A stretch of DNA of 64,000 nucleotides from Candidatus Latescibacterota bacterium (GCA_965248265.1 CBDFJF010000002.1:2368001-2432000); one strand, 5' to 3'; positions 1-10,542 are shown, counted from the first letter of the stretch. Program-made: numbers and translations. The notes: a model not told the origin generated them from the letters alone.

Positions 1-6
1 ACAGCC

Positions 7-885
7 ATGAATGTCCACGTGGTAGATGGCACGTATGAGTTGTTCCGCCATTTTTTCGCCATGCCGCCGCGTCGCGACAACGATGGCAATGAGGTCGGCG
101 CACTCCTTGGCGTCGCCAGCTCTATCGTTTCACTGCTGCGTGAGGGGGTGACCCATGTCGGTGTGGCCACGGATCATGTGATCGAGTCATTTCGCAATGA
201 TCTGTACGCGGGGTATAAGAGTGGAGAGGGGATCGATCCAGATCTCTGGCGTCAGTTTCATCCGCTCGAGGATGTCTTGCGAGCTATGGGTGTGGTGGTT
301 TGGCCGATGGTGGATCAGGAAGCGGATGACGGGTTGGCGGCTGCGGCCATCCGTGCGAGTGAGGATCCCGAAGTCAGGCGCGTCTTCATCTGCACGCCTG
401 ACAAGGATCTTGCCCAGTGTGTGCGCGGAGATTCCATCGTGCAGTTCGATCGTCGCCAGGGCATCATGAGAGACGAGCAAGGCATCGTGGAGAAGTTCGG
501 CGTGTTGCCCAAATCCATTCCCGATTTCCTCGCGCTTGTCGGAGACTCAGCGGATGGTTTTCCAGGGGTTCCGCGCTGGGGTGAGAAGAGTTCTGCCGGT
601 GTGCTTTCTCGTTACCATCACCTCGAAGCCATTCCGAAAGAAGTGGCGCAATGGGACCTCCAGATGCGCGGCGCGGCCGGTCTGGCCACATCACTGCACG
701 AGCACTGGGACGATGCGCTGCTGTTCCGCGATCTGGCCACCCTGCGCACGGATGCGGAGCTGTTCAACGATGTGGAGGAGTTGCGGTGGAAAGGGCCGAC
801 AGCCGAACTCCCGGCTATCTGTGAAGATCTGCGTGCACCGGACCTCGTGGAGGAAGTGGCCAAGCTTGCCTCGGCGGCTGCGTGA
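7..885 (+). CDS. Stand-alone 5'-3' exonuclease / flap endonuclease (PolI N-terminal-like)
   Basis: VVDGTYELFR, FRNDLYAGYK, EADD, TPDKDLAQ and LALVGDSADGFPGVPRWGEKS (H3TH) motifs; no polymerase domain. Confidence 0.9.
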   Translation: MNVHVVDGTYELFRHFFAMPPRRDNDGNEVGALLGVASSIVSLLREGVTHVGVATDHVIESFRNDLYAGYKSGEGIDPDLWRQFHPLEDVLRAMGVVVWPMVDQEADDGLAAAAIRASEDPEVRRVFICTPDKDLAQCVRGDSIVQFDRRQGIMRDEQGIVEKFGVLPKSIPDFLALVGDSADGFPGVPRWGEKSSAGVLSRYHHLEAIPKEVAQWDLQMRGAAGLATSLHEHWDDALLFRDLATLRTDAELFNDVEELRWKGPTAELPAICEDLRAPDLVEEVAKLASAAA

Positions 886-906
886 TCCGGACGCCAGACC
901 CTGTCC

Positions 907-1302
907 TTACTGCGAAAGACTCACATCGATCTTCGTATCGGGGTATTTGCTCAGTATGAACTGAAGCGCGAGCGCCGTGTGACAGCGCTGGGCGTCCGGA
1001 TTCTTTTTCGTCGGGCAGCTGCAACCAAGAAATACGTTGTCGTCGCGACTGAGTTGTGCCAGTTTGTCGAAAGGCGTTTGGTCTTCGGCAAAGCGGTTCT
1101 CGACCAGCTGGCAGTAGGCCGCGGCGAATCGCTTCCACCCAGGATCGCTCGGGTCCCGCAGGTAGTCCTCTACCATTTCCGTGCCGGGTCGCAGGCAGTG
1201 CCTTGTGTGTTTGCGCGCATCCTGACGGATGCCGTCAGGCCAGGCATGACCCTCCGGCCTCTTTCCGCGGTAAATCTTGTAGCGTCCCAGCATGCTCTTC
1301 AA
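907..1302 (-). CDS. Hypothetical protein, possibly DUF488/YeaO-like
   Basis: 131-aa ORF; WKRFAAAY and FLGCSC...RCH resemble the DUF488 C-terminal pattern. Confidence 0.55.
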   Translation of the reverse strand: MKSMLGRYKIYRGKRPEGHAWPDGIRQDARKHTRHCLRPGTEMVEDYLRDPSDPGWKRFAAAYCQLVENRFAEDQTPFDKLAQLSRDDNVFLGCSCPTKKNPDAQRCHTALALQFILSKYPDTKIDVSLSQ

Positions 1303-1367
1303 TCTGCACGGTTACGCGCTGGTTCTTTCCAGCGCACTGGTAGCTGGGCTGCAAACCCCGCTCATCG

Positions 1368-2468
1368 TCAAGAAGACTTCTCCACGAATTGAATCCAAGC
1401 GGGCGATTTGCCCACTTCGATGCGCTCCAGCTGGTTCAGTTGTCCGCTGTCGTGGTCGATCCGGTAGGTGACAATATGCCCGGTTCTCTGCCCCGCGGAG
1501 ATCACGAAATTGCCACCCGGGTCGAGGGCAAAAAAGCGGGGGGTTGGATCGGTCGGCTGATGTCCCCTGGCCGTCAGGGTACCGTCATCGGCCACCTCGA
1601 AGATGGCAAGGCTGTCATGGCCGCGGTTCGATGCGTACAGGTGCCGGCCGTCCGGCGTAATGCGGATCTCAGCCGTTGTTTTGCTCTCACCATCCCAACC
1701 CTCGGGCAGCGTTGATATTACCTGGAAGGAGGAGAGGGTTCCCTTTTCGGGATCGAAGTGATGGGCACTGATCGTGCAGCCGTTTTCGTTGACGGAGTAG
1801 AGAATGTCCTTGTCCGGGTGGAAGACGAAATGCCGGGGCCCCTCCTCGGTCTCAGGCTGGATCTTGGGAGGATCGTTCGCTGAGAGTTCGCCGGTCGCTT
1901 CGTCAAAGCGGAATTGGTAGATGGCGTTGGCCGGACAGGTGTGCGGCACGAAGGCGAAGCGGTTGGAGCGGTCGAGCTGAACGCTGTGGGCGTGTTCCTC
2001 GGTGACGATCCATTGCAGCGGCTCTTTACTGAGTGAGCCGTCCGCGCCAATCCCGTGGACGCTGACGGCGCCCGCGCTGTAGTAGGCTGCAAGCAGGAAG
2101 CGGCCGGTGTTGTCGGTCCTGATGTAGGGGGGGCCGGACTCAATGTTCACCCTGCCGATCGGGGTCAGTACTCCGGAAGACTTATCCACGCGCATGCTCA
2201 GGAACTGTTTGGCTGAACGCAGACAGATGAACATGATGGAGCCGTCGGGACTGATGTCCATGGCTCCTGCGCCCCCGATGGCGATGTCCGCTTCCTGGGT
2301 CAGCTTACCCGTCTGTGCATCCATCACGAATTTTGATAGATGCTCTTTGCCTCCGTTCACGTACACGTGATAACTCATGCTTTCTCCCTCTTCCAGGTCA
2401 TACCGGTCAATGGCACAGGCGGTAGTCGAGACAAGCCAGACAGCTGTCAATAATAGGATTCTGATCAT
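1368..2468 (-). CDS. Lactonase family 7-bladed beta-propeller (6-phosphogluconolactonase-like)
   Basis: HAHSVQLD, GPRHFVFHP, AEIRITPDGRHLYASNRGHDS and PRFFALDP motifs; the true start may be MSYHVY at 2378 behind GAGGGAG. Confidence 0.88.
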   Translation of the reverse strand: MIRILLLTAVWLVSTTACAIDRYDLEEGESMSYHVYVNGGKEHLSKFVMDAQTGKLTQEADIAIGGAGAMDISPDGSIMFICLRSAKQFLSMRVDKSSGVLTPIGRVNIESGPPYIRTDNTGRFLLAAYYSAGAVSVHGIGADGSLSKEPLQWIVTEEHAHSVQLDRSNRFAFVPHTCPANAIYQFRFDEATGELSANDPPKIQPETEEGPRHFVFHPDKDILYSVNENGCTISAHHFDPEKGTLSSFQVISTLPEGWDGESKTTAEIRITPDGRHLYASNRGHDSLAIFEVADDGTLTARGHQPTDPTPRFFALDPGGNFVISAGQRTGHIVTYRIDHDSGQLNQLERIEVGKSPAWIQFVEKSS

Positions 2469-2533
2469 GGCCGTGCTTCTACTTTAGGGCTGGCCCCGGG
2501 TTTCGGTTCCAGTTCAGCGGCTCTGCGGCACCG

Positions 2534-3002
2534 TCATATATATACCGGTAAAAGGTCGCGAACACGCTCCTGCGCAGCTTCCGGCCACTCGGTTACCCGT
2601 TGATTGGCGTTCCCTTCGCGCTGACCAAGAACCGCTTGCATGGGCTCGGGCAGTTGATGGAACAACGGATGAAACCACAGCGTGATCACGGTGCGGCGCA
2701 AGTCTGTGTTGTTGGCCCAGACCGAGTGCAGCAGTCGGCTATCACCGAGATCGCCGGCTTTGACGCAGACATCAACCTCCCCGGGCTGATTCAGGTAGAG
2801 AGGGTGGGTGAGATCCCCGGCTTTGTGGATTTCCTCCGTATGCGCTTCCGGCAGGTCGTGCATAGGATGCCGTTTGAGATGGCTGCCCGGGATGAGCCGC
2901 AAGCAACCGTTTGCCGGTATCGTGTCGATGAGGTAGTACATGAAGAAGATCTGCTGCTTTGTCGAGTAAGCGATCGGACGCGTCGGTGACCCGTTTTACC
3001 AT
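2534..3002 (-). pseudogene. Degraded phytanoyl-CoA dioxygenase (PhyH) family gene
   Basis: QQIFFMYYLID..NGCLRLIPGSH..KAGDL-GDSRLLH..RRTVITLW retained; the HxD region is missing and an N-terminal piece (VTDASDRLLD) is in another frame. Confidence 0.75.
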
Positions 3003-3305
3003 ATCCGGGTCGAGGATCGACAGTCAGGCTCATAGTGAATCTCTGGAGACTAAGGGAGAAGTCCGCATCATAGCGTATCGATGGCGTACCTGCAACCGGT
3101 TGTTATGCCCGCATTGGCGACCGCACACGATCATTCATTGTCTGGCCCTTTCGAGATCGCCTCGGAGTAGAATGTCACGGTGCGAGGTCGGGGCGGAGTG
3201 TCGCTGTGAGGAGAAGTTTCGTACCATGCGAATGTCAACACCAGACCCGGAGACGGACCTAGGCTTCGTCTCAACCGGATCGGTCCGCCGTACTGGACCT
3301 GATTA

Positions 3306-3328
3306 AGGATCAAGACGATTTTGATCCT
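3306..3328. promoter_or_regulatory. Palindrome, candidate operator upstream of the TIM-barrel triplet
   Basis: AGGATCAA-N7-TTGATCCT, about 95 bp before the ATG at 3422. Confidence 0.35.
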
Positions 3329-3421
3329 GCCAAGTATGAGGGCATGATCATCCGCGTCTGGCAATCCTCCTGATCGGCGAGGTCGTGGAGTGATCAGGCA
3401 ACTGCAACCACGGAGAGAGGC

Positions 3422-4258
3422 ATGATCAAACTGAGCTGGCTGGCACGGGCCACCGACGCCAAGGTTTTCGACGAGCACGTCAACTTCGCCGTCGATGCCG
3501 GGTTGGATGTCATAGACTTCCATCTGAGTGGGATGCCCCGGGATCCCAAGTTCCTCACTCGGATCAAGGCGATGTGCGTCAGGGGCGGTCTGCCGGTCGG
3601 TTACATGGGGGGCGGCAGTTTCGTCGGTCCACAGGAAGCACGAGCGGAGCGCCTGGAAAAGAGCCGCGGCGATGTCGACATGGCCGCCTTCATGGGGGCG
3701 CAGATGCTGCGGGTGTTCGCCCGCCACAAGTGGCCGGATACCGAAGAGGAGCAAGAGAAGTTCTGGGGTCCGATGATCGAGGATTTCCAGGAATGTGCTG
3801 ACTATGCCGCCGGGAAGGGTGTGGTCATGGCGTTGCAGAATCACAATCACGGCAGCTTCGCCATGAACGCGGACCAGGTCCTGCGCATCCTGCGGGAGGT
3901 CGACAAACCCAATTTCACTTACATCATGGATACCGGTCAGTGGGAGGGCTCCATTGGTGGCTCTCCGCGTGGCTGGCGCGATTTCACCGTGGATATCTAC
4001 CGCGACCACATGGAACGTGTCGCCGAGCATACGACGCTGGTGCGAGCCAAGATCTACAAGATCGACAATGGCTGGGATGAGTGGCTGGACTATCCCCGCA
4101 TCTTTCGGATTCTGCGCCGGCACGGCTTCAACGGCAATGTCTCCCTCGTCTTCGAGGGTGGGGCGCCGCCACGAAATCGCTTCGACATGTACGAATGCAT
4201 CCGCCTGGGAGCCCGGCACCTGCGGCAGGTCATCGATCTCGCGTACCTGTATCACTGA
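3422..4258 (+). CDS. Sugar phosphate isomerase/epimerase (xylose isomerase-like TIM barrel), paralog 1
   Basis: LQNHNH, MDTGQW, RAKIYKID..WLDY, FNGNVSLVFEG; RBS GGAGAGAGG. Confidence 0.88.
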   Translation: MIKLSWLARATDAKVFDEHVNFAVDAGLDVIDFHLSGMPRDPKFLTRIKAMCVRGGLPVGYMGGGSFVGPQEARAERLEKSRGDVDMAAFMGAQMLRVFARHKWPDTEEEQEKFWGPMIEDFQECADYAAGKGVVMALQNHNHGSFAMNADQVLRILREVDKPNFTYIMDTGQWEGSIGGSPRGWRDFTVDIYRDHMERVAEHTTLVRAKIYKIDNGWDEWLDYPRIFRILRRHGFNGNVSLVFEGGAPPRNRFDMYECIRLGARHLRQVIDLAYLYH

Positions 4259-4270
4259 GGGAGAAACGTT

Positions 4271-5104
4271 ATGCTGAAGATCTCATACATGGCGCGCGCT
4301 CAGGATCATGACTCCTATGACGGCCTGGTCGCCTACGCCAAGGATATTCGTCTCGACGCCATCGATTTCCACGTCATGGGCGAACTCCAGACCACTGATT
4401 TTCTACGCAAACTCAAGTTTCAGTGTCTGCGCGCCGGATTGCCCATCGGCTACTTCGCTTCTGGTGTGAGTCTGGTTGGTCCGCACGATCGGCGCGGTGA
4501 CCGACTGGCCCGCGCCAAGGCAGACACGGACTCCGCGTCGTTGGTCGGGGCCCAGGTCGTCCACACCTTTGCGCGTCACAGATGGCCGGAGACCGAGGAA
4601 GAGCAAGAGGAATTCTGGCAGCCGATGATAGAGGATTTCCAGGAGTTGTGTGACTATGCGGCCGCCAAGGGCGTCATCGTCAGTCTGCAGAACCACAACC
4701 ACGGCAGCTTCGCCATGAACGCCAACCAGGTGCTGCGTACGCTGCGAGAGGTGAAGCGCCGCAATTTCACCTACATCCTGGACTCCGGTCAGTGGGAGGG
4801 CTCGAGAGGGGGCTCGCCGCGCGGCTGGCACAACACCGAATTGGACATCTACCGCGAGTACCACGCACGGGTCGCGCACTATGCCACCGGGGTCCGCGCC
4901 AAGATCTACAAGATCGACAACGGCTACGAGGAGTGGTTGGATTACCCGCGCTTCTTCAAGATTCTGCGCGATGCTGACTACAATGGCACCGTCTCCGTCG
5001 TTTTCGAGGGAGGGGCCCCGCCGCGCAATCGCTTTGACAGGGAGAAGTGCATCGAGATGGGGGCAACCTACCTGCGCGAGTGTATCGCGAGGGCGTACGC
5101 GTAG
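4271..5104 (+). CDS. Sugar phosphate isomerase/epimerase TIM barrel, paralog 2
   Basis: Same motifs (LQNHNH, LDSGQW, RAKIYKID); RBS GAGGGAG. Confidence 0.88.
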   Translation: MLKISYMARAQDHDSYDGLVAYAKDIRLDAIDFHVMGELQTTDFLRKLKFQCLRAGLPIGYFASGVSLVGPHDRRGDRLARAKADTDSASLVGAQVVHTFARHRWPETEEEQEEFWQPMIEDFQELCDYAAAKGVIVSLQNHNHGSFAMNANQVLRTLREVKRRNFTYILDSGQWEGSRGGSPRGWHNTELDIYREYHARVAHYATGVRAKIYKIDNGYEEWLDYPRFFKILRDADYNGTVSVVFEGGAPPRNRFDREKCIEMGATYLRECIARAYA

Positions 5105-5146
5105 ACGGCTGAGCAGATAAAAACCGCAACTTCCCGGAGGGATAGA

Positions 5147-5968
5147 ATGATCAAGCTGGGCTGGATGGCGCGTGCGACCGACGCCGAGGTTTTCGAGGAG
5201 CAGGTGAAGTTCGCCAGCGACCTGGACCTGGATGTCATCGACTTTCATCTGGGGGGAATGCCCCGGGAGATGGACTTCATCATGGAGATCAAGATGAAGT
5301 GCGTCCGCGCCGGGCTACCGATCGGTTACCTGGGTGGTGGCAGTTTGGTCGGGCAACCGGAGGAGCGCGAGGATCGTATGGTGAAAGGGCGTGCCGACGT
5401 GGACATGGCGTCCGTCATGGGGGCGCAGATGCTGCGGGTGTTCGCCCGTCACAAGTGGCCGGATACGGTGGAGGAGCAGGAGGCGTTGTGGCGTCCCATG
5501 ATCGCAGACTTCAAGTCGCTGGCGGACTACGCCAGCGAAAAGGGGGTCATTCTGGGCTTGCAGAACCACGACAACGGCAGCTTCTGCATGACCGGTGAGC
5601 AGGCCCTGCGCATCCTGAGCGAGGTGAACAAAGACAACTTCACATTCCTATGGGATACCGGCCAATGGCTCGGTTCCATCGGCTCCCACCCGCGCGGCGA
5701 GTTCGATCCCAAGGTCGATATCTATGAGGACTACCTGATACCGACCGCGTTCTGTGCCAGTTCTGTGCGCGCCAAGATCTACCAGATCGACACCGGTGTT
5801 GAGACCTATCTCGATTACCCGCGCATCTTCAACATCCTGAAGGACGTCAACTACAACGGCAACATCTCGATTGTCTACGAAGGGGCGGAGGGGCGCAACA
5901 CCTGCACGCCGGAGGAGGGGATCACGCTGGCGGCGAAGTACCTGCGCAAAGTGATTGGGGAGGTGTAA
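5147..5968 (+). CDS. Sugar phosphate isomerase/epimerase TIM barrel, paralog 3
   Basis: LQNHDN, WDTGQW, RAKIYQID; RBS GGAGGG. Confidence 0.88.
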   Translation: MIKLGWMARATDAEVFEEQVKFASDLDLDVIDFHLGGMPREMDFIMEIKMKCVRAGLPIGYLGGGSLVGQPEEREDRMVKGRADVDMASVMGAQMLRVFARHKWPDTVEEQEALWRPMIADFKSLADYASEKGVILGLQNHDNGSFCMTGEQALRILSEVNKDNFTFLWDTGQWLGSIGSHPRGEFDPKVDIYEDYLIPTAFCASSVRAKIYQIDTGVETYLDYPRIFNILKDVNYNGNISIVYEGAEGRNTCTPEEGITLAAKYLRKVIGEV

Positions 5969-6247
5969 TCATTCCGCCTCAGCTACCGCCAGCGGGATCT
6001 CGACTCTCGTTTTCCACTGAATCTCGTATCGAGCCCCTTCGGAGTATTTACTCGTGATAAAAGCGTGGGCAAGCTGTGCTCCGTGCTTGCGAGCTTCGTC
6101 TTTGGTGGGGAATTGCGGCTGCTCGTCGAGCGGCACCTTGGAAATATCTACGCGGTCCCCGTGGTCGTCACACACCTTTATTTTGTCCACTCTGTACTTT
6201 CCACCTTGCATGCGGAGGATCCGGATACGTGCGGTTAATGCGGACAT
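5969..6247 (-). CDS. Small hypothetical protein (92 aa)
   Basis: Strong RBS AAAGGAG before the ATG, AT-rich upstream region, normal amino-acid composition. Confidence 0.65.
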   Translation of the reverse strand: MSALTARIRILRMQGGKYRVDKIKVCDDHGDRVDISKVPLDEQPQFPTKDEARKHGAQLAHAFITSKYSEGARYEIQWKTRVEIPLAVAEAE

Positions 6248-6340
6248 CTCACTCCTTTCACATCACGAGTGACCCTAAACAGAAGACGCATAGTATAAGC
6301 AATCGCAGGCAATTTTTTGTCCTGTGTAAAAAAAATGTTT

Positions 6341-7885
6341 TCACTCATTCTGTTCTGCCGGAGGTGGCAACACGATGAAGTCCTCACCCGCTTCCCGTCG
6401 TGCGTAGCGCCCGATGTAGCCCATCAGCGAGTCCCACATGTCTCCAAGTGACCGCGCCTCGTCTTTGATCTTCAAATACTTCTCTTTGTGGCTGACCGGG
6501 TGCAGGCCGATACGGTAGGTGCCGGCGAGCCCTACAGCAAAATCATCGAGCGTCCTGTCCTCGGCCGGAACAGTCAGGTCTCCCGCTTCGATCCAGAAAC
6601 TTCCGGACCCTGAGCCAGATCGTATCTTCTCCACGCGGCCGTAAATCACATCGTCAAAGCCTCCGACCTCCTCATCGAGCATGAAGTTCACTGGCGAGCC
6701 GATCTCGACCCCCACCATCTTTGAGCGTGGGAGCTCCAGCCCGATGCGCTTGCGCTGGGCGCCGACCCAGATTTCGGCGACAAGCTCACCGCGGCGCACA
6801 TGAGTGGTCGAACGGGACCCGGCCAAATGTATCAGTTTTCCACGGCTCCACCCGGGTTCGGCCTTCAATGCGATCCCACCGCCGGCGGGGAGCAGGTCCC
6901 GTTCCGGCCCGGACTGGTCCGGGGAGCGGCCAGGGGCTGCCACGTAGGCCAGGTTAGTCAACCATTGCCGCTGCGACTCGGTGCGGAATTTGAGAAAGTC
7001 CGTCTGTGCCTTTTCGTAGCGGTACTCCTGCTCCAGGACATCCGAAGGCTTGTCACCGCCAAGCGCTGCGGACAATTGTCGCTCGTTCAGAGCCAGCTGT
7101 TCGTGGGACGTCTTCAGGCGCTCGTAGTTCCGTTCGATATCGCCAAACTCTCGTTGTGAAATCAGTCCCTGATCCAGCAAGTCGCGGTACTTCTCCAACA
7201 GGGATTCGCCGCTGGCAGCCTGGCGTTCGAATTGTTCCTTCTCGAATTCCAGCTGCTTGCGCTCCAACGTCTGAACTTCGAGCTGTGTACGGGTTTGCTG
7301 GCGTTCGCGCAAGTGTTGGGAGAGCAGCAAGTCCACGTACGCCTCACGCGGGCGTACCTGCTCCTGCAGCTGTGCCAGTTCCATGGCTTCTTTGGAGAAG
7401 TCGGCAATCAAGAGACGCTCTCCCGGGTAGACGGTGCTCCCTACCGACTTCAGGCGCGCGCCGATGAAGAAATCGTCCTGGGCATAGAGCCGTACGACAT
7501 CGCCCGAATGGGGTATGATGAGGGCTCCGTCACCGGAAATGAACTTGTAGGTCGTGCCTTCCAGAAAGCGACTGATCTTCGGCACGACGGCCACGACCTG
7601 GTACACGGCAAAGGCGACCACCGCCGCCAGCAACAGCAGCCCGTAGGCAGACTTCAGCAAACGTCCAAGGAGTCTGAACGTCAGTGGCACGATAAGCAGA
7701 ATGAACGCGAGACCGGGTTGGCCGGCCGCAACAGCCAGGCCCAGGCAGACGAAGATCCAGACCACCCACCAGAAATAGCGCCGCACCTGGAGGTAGCGAC
7801 TGCCGTGCTCGGTGAGGGACGCGCGTTGGCGGATCCTGACGATGGCCTCTTCCGCCGATTTGGCCAGCACTCGGATCTCGTTCAC
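6341..7885 (-). CDS. HlyD-like membrane fusion / secretion adaptor protein
   Basis: N-terminal hydrophobic segments, long coiled coil with LLDQGLISQREF, C-terminal beta region; start overlaps the ABC gene stop (GTGA). Confidence 0.7.
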   Translation of the reverse strand: MNEIRVLAKSAEEAIVRIRQRASLTEHGSRYLQVRRYFWWVVWIFVCLGLAVAAGQPGLAFILLIVPLTFRLLGRLLKSAYGLLLLAAVVAFAVYQVVAVVPKISRFLEGTTYKFISGDGALIIPHSGDVVRLYAQDDFFIGARLKSVGSTVYPGERLLIADFSKEAMELAQLQEQVRPREAYVDLLLSQHLRERQQTRTQLEVQTLERKQLEFEKEQFERQAASGESLLEKYRDLLDQGLISQREFGDIERNYERLKTSHEQLALNERQLSAALGGDKPSDVLEQEYRYEKAQTDFLKFRTESQRQWLTNLAYVAAPGRSPDQSGPERDLLPAGGGIALKAEPGWSRGKLIHLAGSRSTTHVRRGELVAEIWVGAQRKRIGLELPRSKMVGVEIGSPVNFMLDEEVGGFDDVIYGRVEKIRSGSGSGSFWIEAGDLTVPAEDRTLDDFAVGLAGTYRIGLHPVSHKEKYLKIKDEARSLGDMWDSLMGYIGRYARREAGEDFIVLPPPAEQNE

Positions 7886-9882
7886 GAGGCATCCTCCACG
7901 GCGCGCATGAGTTCCAGATCAATCGTTGGCAGTGACAGGACGTGACGGATGTTTTCGCGGGCGAGCGCTCTGAATTCGGGACATGTGCCCAGCAGTTCAC
8001 GCCGTTGTCCGGAGCCGACGAGGCGGCCGTTGTGCAGGAAAACGAAAAACACCCGGTCGTCGGGCAGGGCAAAGTAGGGTGCCAGGGTGTGCGCGACGAC
8101 GACGACGGTGCGGTCCTGTGAAGCCAGACCGCATATGGTATCCACCAGTTCGTTTTCTTTGAACTTGTCCAGGCCGCTGGTCGGTTCGTCGAAGAGCAAT
8201 ATCGGGCACTGGGTCAGGAGCGAGAACCCGATGCTGACTCGCTGTTGCTGTCCACCGGACAGATTGCCCGATAGACCGGCCATGCGGTCCAGCCCTTCGC
8301 GACGCTCCATGAGCTCTGCCCGCTTCGGCTCGAAGCCGAACAGCACCCGGCCCAAGTTTTGTATGGGACCGTAGCCCACGTCGTCGGTGGATACCCGGAC
8401 CTCCTGCTCCATGGCCTCGATCTCGTCCAGCACCTTTGCCATGCGAAGAGCGTGCTCAAGATCTTCGGCACTCGAGTCGGGGGAGAGCAGCTCGGCATTC
8501 TGCAGGATGGACATGGATAGCAGAGAGATTTTCTGGGATAGATAGGCCATCAGCATGGACAGGTTGCTGCGATCGATTTCACGGACGTCGGTGCCCCCAA
8601 CCAGAACCTGACCCTGGCGCGCTTCCACGGAGCCCCTCAGTAGCTTCAGCATCGTCGATTTGCCGCAACCGCTGGCTCCGCACAGTACCGTCATTTTTTC
8701 GCTGGGCACGCGGAAGGATATGTCTTCAAGAGCCGGCCGGGCTGACTCGGGCGTATCCGGGTACCTGAAGGTGATGTCTTTGAACTCGATCTCGTGTCTG
8801 GTCAGCGGAAGTCGCTTGGAGCGCAGCTCCTGTTTCTCGCTATCCGCCATGTCGAAAAATTCTTCGCACCATTGCACGCTCACCAATAACGGGATGATAC
8901 GCTGCCACGATCTGATCACTGCCAGTATGGGGCCGAGCACCCGCTGAGCATAGGCGTTGATGACGATGTAGAACGTCAGGGAGATGGCCCCTTCAATCAC
9001 CTGCAGGCCGGCGATGAGGGCGATGCCGATGGTGAAGATGACGGAGACGGCGCTGCTGCAGGCCTCCCATACGTTTCGCTGGTTCCGGGTTCTGCGATCC
9101 TGACTGATCATTCCCTCGACCTTGCTCAGCGTTCGTCCGCTCATGCGCTCGACGGCGTCGAATGATTTGATCAGGTCCGAATTGGCCAGGGAGTCACTGA
9201 ACATGGACATGGCTTCGTCCCGCAATCGACTGTGCTTCCTCTTAACTCGGCGCATGCGGGACTTGAAGAAGGACATCACCACCACCTGCAATGGAATGAC
9301 CAGGAGCAGCAGGGCAAATACGGCCTCCGACAGGAAATAAACCACCACGAATGTAGCGATGATATTGATCAGGTTGGTGATGAGACTTGGCAGGAAGTCG
9401 CTGTAGAACTGGCTATAGGCAGGCAGGTCGCTGTTATAGGTCGAGTAGAGCCGGCCGAGCCCCAACCGCTCCTTCGACTCTTCCTTCATCCCCTCCATGT
9501 CGCCCAGAAATCGCCGCCGCAGATCGTAGATCAGGTTGAAAGACCCCTCGGTAGACAGATAGCGGTACAGCAACGAGGTGGCTACGCGAATGACCTCCAA
9601 CAGCGCCCAGACCAGACATAAGGTGATCAGGGCATAGCTGCTCTCCTGCAGATCCACTACCAGCGGCAGGATGCTGCCGACGATGATGGCGGCGGGAAGG
9701 GGACGCAGAAACTCCATGCCGACATCCATGAAGGCGACGACGATAGAGCTGACGTACCAATGCGCGCTGACCGCACCCCGTTTCAGCATGAACCAGACCA
9801 ATTGATGGCCCTTCAGCTTCTTCTTCTTTTTGCTTGCCAGGCGGTACTCCAGCACTCTGTCCGCAGCGGCTATTCCCGTCAT
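7882..9882 (-). CDS. ABC exporter, fused permease + ATPase
   Basis: Transmembrane domain, then GASGCGKST, LSGGQQQR, LLFDEPTSGLD, VVAH. Confidence 0.92.
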   Translation of the reverse strand: MTGIAAADRVLEYRLASKKKKKLKGHQLVWFMLKRGAVSAHWYVSSIVVAFMDVGMEFLRPLPAAIIVGSILPLVVDLQESSYALITLCLVWALLEVIRVATSLLYRYLSTEGSFNLIYDLRRRFLGDMEGMKEESKERLGLGRLYSTYNSDLPAYSQFYSDFLPSLITNLINIIATFVVVYFLSEAVFALLLLVIPLQVVVMSFFKSRMRRVKRKHSRLRDEAMSMFSDSLANSDLIKSFDAVERMSGRTLSKVEGMISQDRRTRNQRNVWEACSSAVSVIFTIGIALIAGLQVIEGAISLTFYIVINAYAQRVLGPILAVIRSWQRIIPLLVSVQWCEEFFDMADSEKQELRSKRLPLTRHEIEFKDITFRYPDTPESARPALEDISFRVPSEKMTVLCGASGCGKSTMLKLLRGSVEARQGQVLVGGTDVREIDRSNLSMLMAYLSQKISLLSMSILQNAELLSPDSSAEDLEHALRMAKVLDEIEAMEQEVRVSTDDVGYGPIQNLGRVLFGFEPKRAELMERREGLDRMAGLSGNLSGGQQQRVSIGFSLLTQCPILLFDEPTSGLDKFKENELVDTICGLASQDRTVVVVAHTLAPYFALPDDRVFFVFLHNGRLVGSGQRRELLGTCPEFRALARENIRHVLSLPTIDLELMRAVEDAS

Positions 9883-10088
9883 GACGGTATCCTCTCACGC
9901 CGCGGGGCAGTATACAATCGGGTTGGGCCGTTGGCAGGGGGTAAGACCAGGCGGATAACTTGCACGCTCGTCATTACTCGGGCCTCCTCTGGCTCTGGCG
10001 AAACCGGGCTGGCTTCGCATCGCCACCTGGAGATACGATAGAGAACCTGTTGGTCCGTGCCTAATTGACGCGTGGACGGGGCACAAGC

Positions 10089-10528
10089 TCAGTCCTCTTG
10101 GATTTGAACCTCAAAATCGTGAAACCGGTTCACTCCTTCGCAGGCGGTGATTCCCGCCTGCACATCCGAATCAAAGTCCGGGAGAGCACCCGAATTGGTG
10201 GTCGTTCACGCGGACTGTCAATTGGTGACCGGCTCTTTCTACCTCGAGTGCGTGCGGTTTACCCGCCTCGAGAGCGAATCCACACCAGCCGGCCCTTACC
10301 CAAGTGGGACGCTCTTCAACCCAGGTGTGGTGCCAGACGTTTGCGCCCAGGTCGTAGATGACCACCTCTCATTTCCTCGGCCGTGGCATCGGCGGGCACA
10401 CAGTTGCTGATGTGGTCTGGCTGTTGCTCCCAGCCGCCGGGATGGTCCCACCGTGGGCCTCTTACCTGAATCCAGTCGTCAGGTTGCCAGCCTTCGGGTG
10501 TGAAGGTGCATTGGTACATTGGAGCCAT
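10089..10528 (-). pseudogene. Frameshifted hypothetical gene (beta-sandwich-like)
   Basis: Three consecutive protein-like segments in different frames (MAPMYQCTF.., VIYDLGANVW.., LPDFDSDVQAGITACEGVNRFHDFEV) directly downstream of 10543..11547. Confidence 0.55.
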
Positions 10529-10542
10529 TCCATCCCTGCCGA

